Of a stretch of DNA of 37,866 nucleotides, positions 36,676 to 37,866 are shown piece by piece. The stretch lies in contig SHMW01000038.1 in assembly GCA_008080735.1 (NCBI GenBank), positions 1-37,866 of the forward strand, written 5' to 3'. This DNA comes from Promethearchaeota archaeon. Lineage in GTDB: Archaea; Asgardarchaeota; Lokiarchaeia; Sigyniarchaeales; SOKP01. The stretch's first letter is position 1, and each line of letters opens with the position of its first letter. The notes beneath the pieces are model-generated. The model was not told where the DNA came from. It worked only from the letters and a program-made list of their open reading frames with translations, and did not search any database. Position numbers and translations under genes: made by a program.

Positions 36676-36684
36676 CCAAGCGAT

Positions 36685-37866
36685 TTATGGACCCTTTATA
36701 TTCGGCAAATATTTTTCATCGCAAGTATGGATGAGCTTGTCGACATAATTATACATTTTCGCGGCTAATTCTGGATGGGATAAGAGCTGCACTTCTATTT
36801 TATCATCGTGATCCCACATATTATGCGGAGTTTCTTCATGAGATACTTTTTGCCTCACTTCTTCAACCCACTTATCGGGTAGATGATTCTCAAGGCTGAT
36901 TCCTAACATTTGGGCTAAAAACAAAGTCCAAGCTCGGGGTACTACTGTCATTAGATATCCACCCCCGCCAAATGCGAGCCATTTATCATTACAATAATCC
37001 TCGGCATATTGATTAATATGTTCAGCAAGCTTTTTATGCAATTTGATTGATACTCCCAATTGTGTTAAAGGATCGTTATAATGTGTATCAACTCCGAGTT
37101 GTGTCGCTAAAATATCTGGTTGATATTTTTTCAGTATCTTTGGGACGCATTCCGTAAAGATTTTTAAATACATCTTATTATTTGTGCCAGGAATCAGTGG
37201 AAAATTGATTGAATGTCCTTCTCCTTCTCCTTTACCCGTCTCTTCTGTTCCTCCCGAACCGGGGAACAAGTACTTACCGCTTTCATGTAGTGAAATAGTC
37301 AAAACGTTAGGATCGTCATAAAATAACCACTGTACACCATCTCCATGGTGGCAATCAATGTCTAAATATGCTATTCGGATGTCCCGCTTTAATGATTTTA
37401 AATGTTTGAATGCCACTGCGATGTCGTTAAAAATACAGAATCCCGAGGCTCTGTCTCTTAATGCGTGATGTAATCCTCCAGCAGGGTTGAAAGCATAATT
37501 AAAATCATCATTTGTCCAGATCGTGTCTGCCGCTGTAATACTTGCACCACAAACCAATGCTGACGCTTCATACATTCCTTTAAAGATAGGATTATCCCCA
37601 GGCCCTAAGCCATAGATGAAGGGTTTCGTACTGTTATCATCTGGATTCTTGCTCAACTTTTTGACGATATTAATATAATCAGAGGAATGAACTCGTGCAA
37701 TTTCCTTTTCTGTAGCGTGCCGAGGAGTAAATATTTCAATACTTTCATGATTAAGAAGCCCTATTTTTTCCATAAGGCTATAGGTTAACTCTAAGCGAAG
37801 TGGTCTTAGCGGGTGAGATGCTCCAAAATTATACTTGGAGTACTCCTCAGTATAGATCAATCCCAC
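36685..37866 (-). CDS. acuC: Zn-dependent deacetylase, AcuC/class I HDAC-like; probably 5'-truncated at the window edge
   Basis: HP-x-x-P-x-R, GGLHHA, SGFCIFND, DIDCHHGDG, SLHE, GVDTH-x-x-DPL and GGGGY. Confidence 0.9.
   Translation of the reverse strand: MGLIYTEEYSKYNFGASHPLRPLRLELTYSLMEKIGLLNHESIEIFTPRHATEKEIARVHSSDYINIVKKLSKNPDDNSTKPFIYGLGPGDNPIFKGMYEASALVCGASITAADTIWTNDDFNYAFNPAGGLHHALRDRASGFCIFNDIAVAFKHLKSLKRDIRIAYLDIDCHHGDGVQWLFYDDPNVLTISLHESGKYLFPGSGGTEETGKGEGEGHSINFPLIPGTNNKMYLKIFTECVPKILKKYQPDILATQLGVDTHYNDPLTQLGVSIKLHKKLAEHINQYAEDYCNDKWLAFGGGGYLMTVVPRAWTLFLAQMLGISLENHLPDKWVEEVRQKVSHEETPHNMWDHDDKIEVQLLSHPELAAKMYNYVDKLIHTCDEKYLPNIKGP

Overview
AT-rich, gene-dense archaeal chromosomal window, most likely from an Asgard archaeon of the Lokiarchaeia type. 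This assignment is an inference from the GPN-loop GTPase, the TrmB and Lrp regulators, an AksA-like synthase, a surface protein with an IPGF+TM+basic C-terminal anchor and a GIFT-domain protein. I see no rRNA, tRNA, CRISPR array, integrase or transposase. The window holds housekeeping genes, an MNT-HEPN pair, a sugar/polyol catabolic cluster (10348-19814), a 1033-aa surface protein and an APH-kinase + APS-kinase-like pair. The best candidate for an undescribed system is a divergent four-gene locus at 27258-30819 that looks like a dikinase split into separate proteins: a free phospho-His swivel domain, a free PPDK-type ATP-grasp domain, an unknown 385-aa protein that could be the substrate-binding subunit, and a beta-rich cyclase/hydratase-like protein. 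Other highlights are an IFT52-like GIFT domain fused to a steadiness-box/SHOCT-like hairpin, a Whirly-like protein hidden behind an ATA start codon, an Lrp gene with a CTG start, and an unannotated ~175-nt transcription unit whose two ends can base-pair over the start codon of a 35-aa ORF. All family assignments come from reading motifs by eye; no searches were run.
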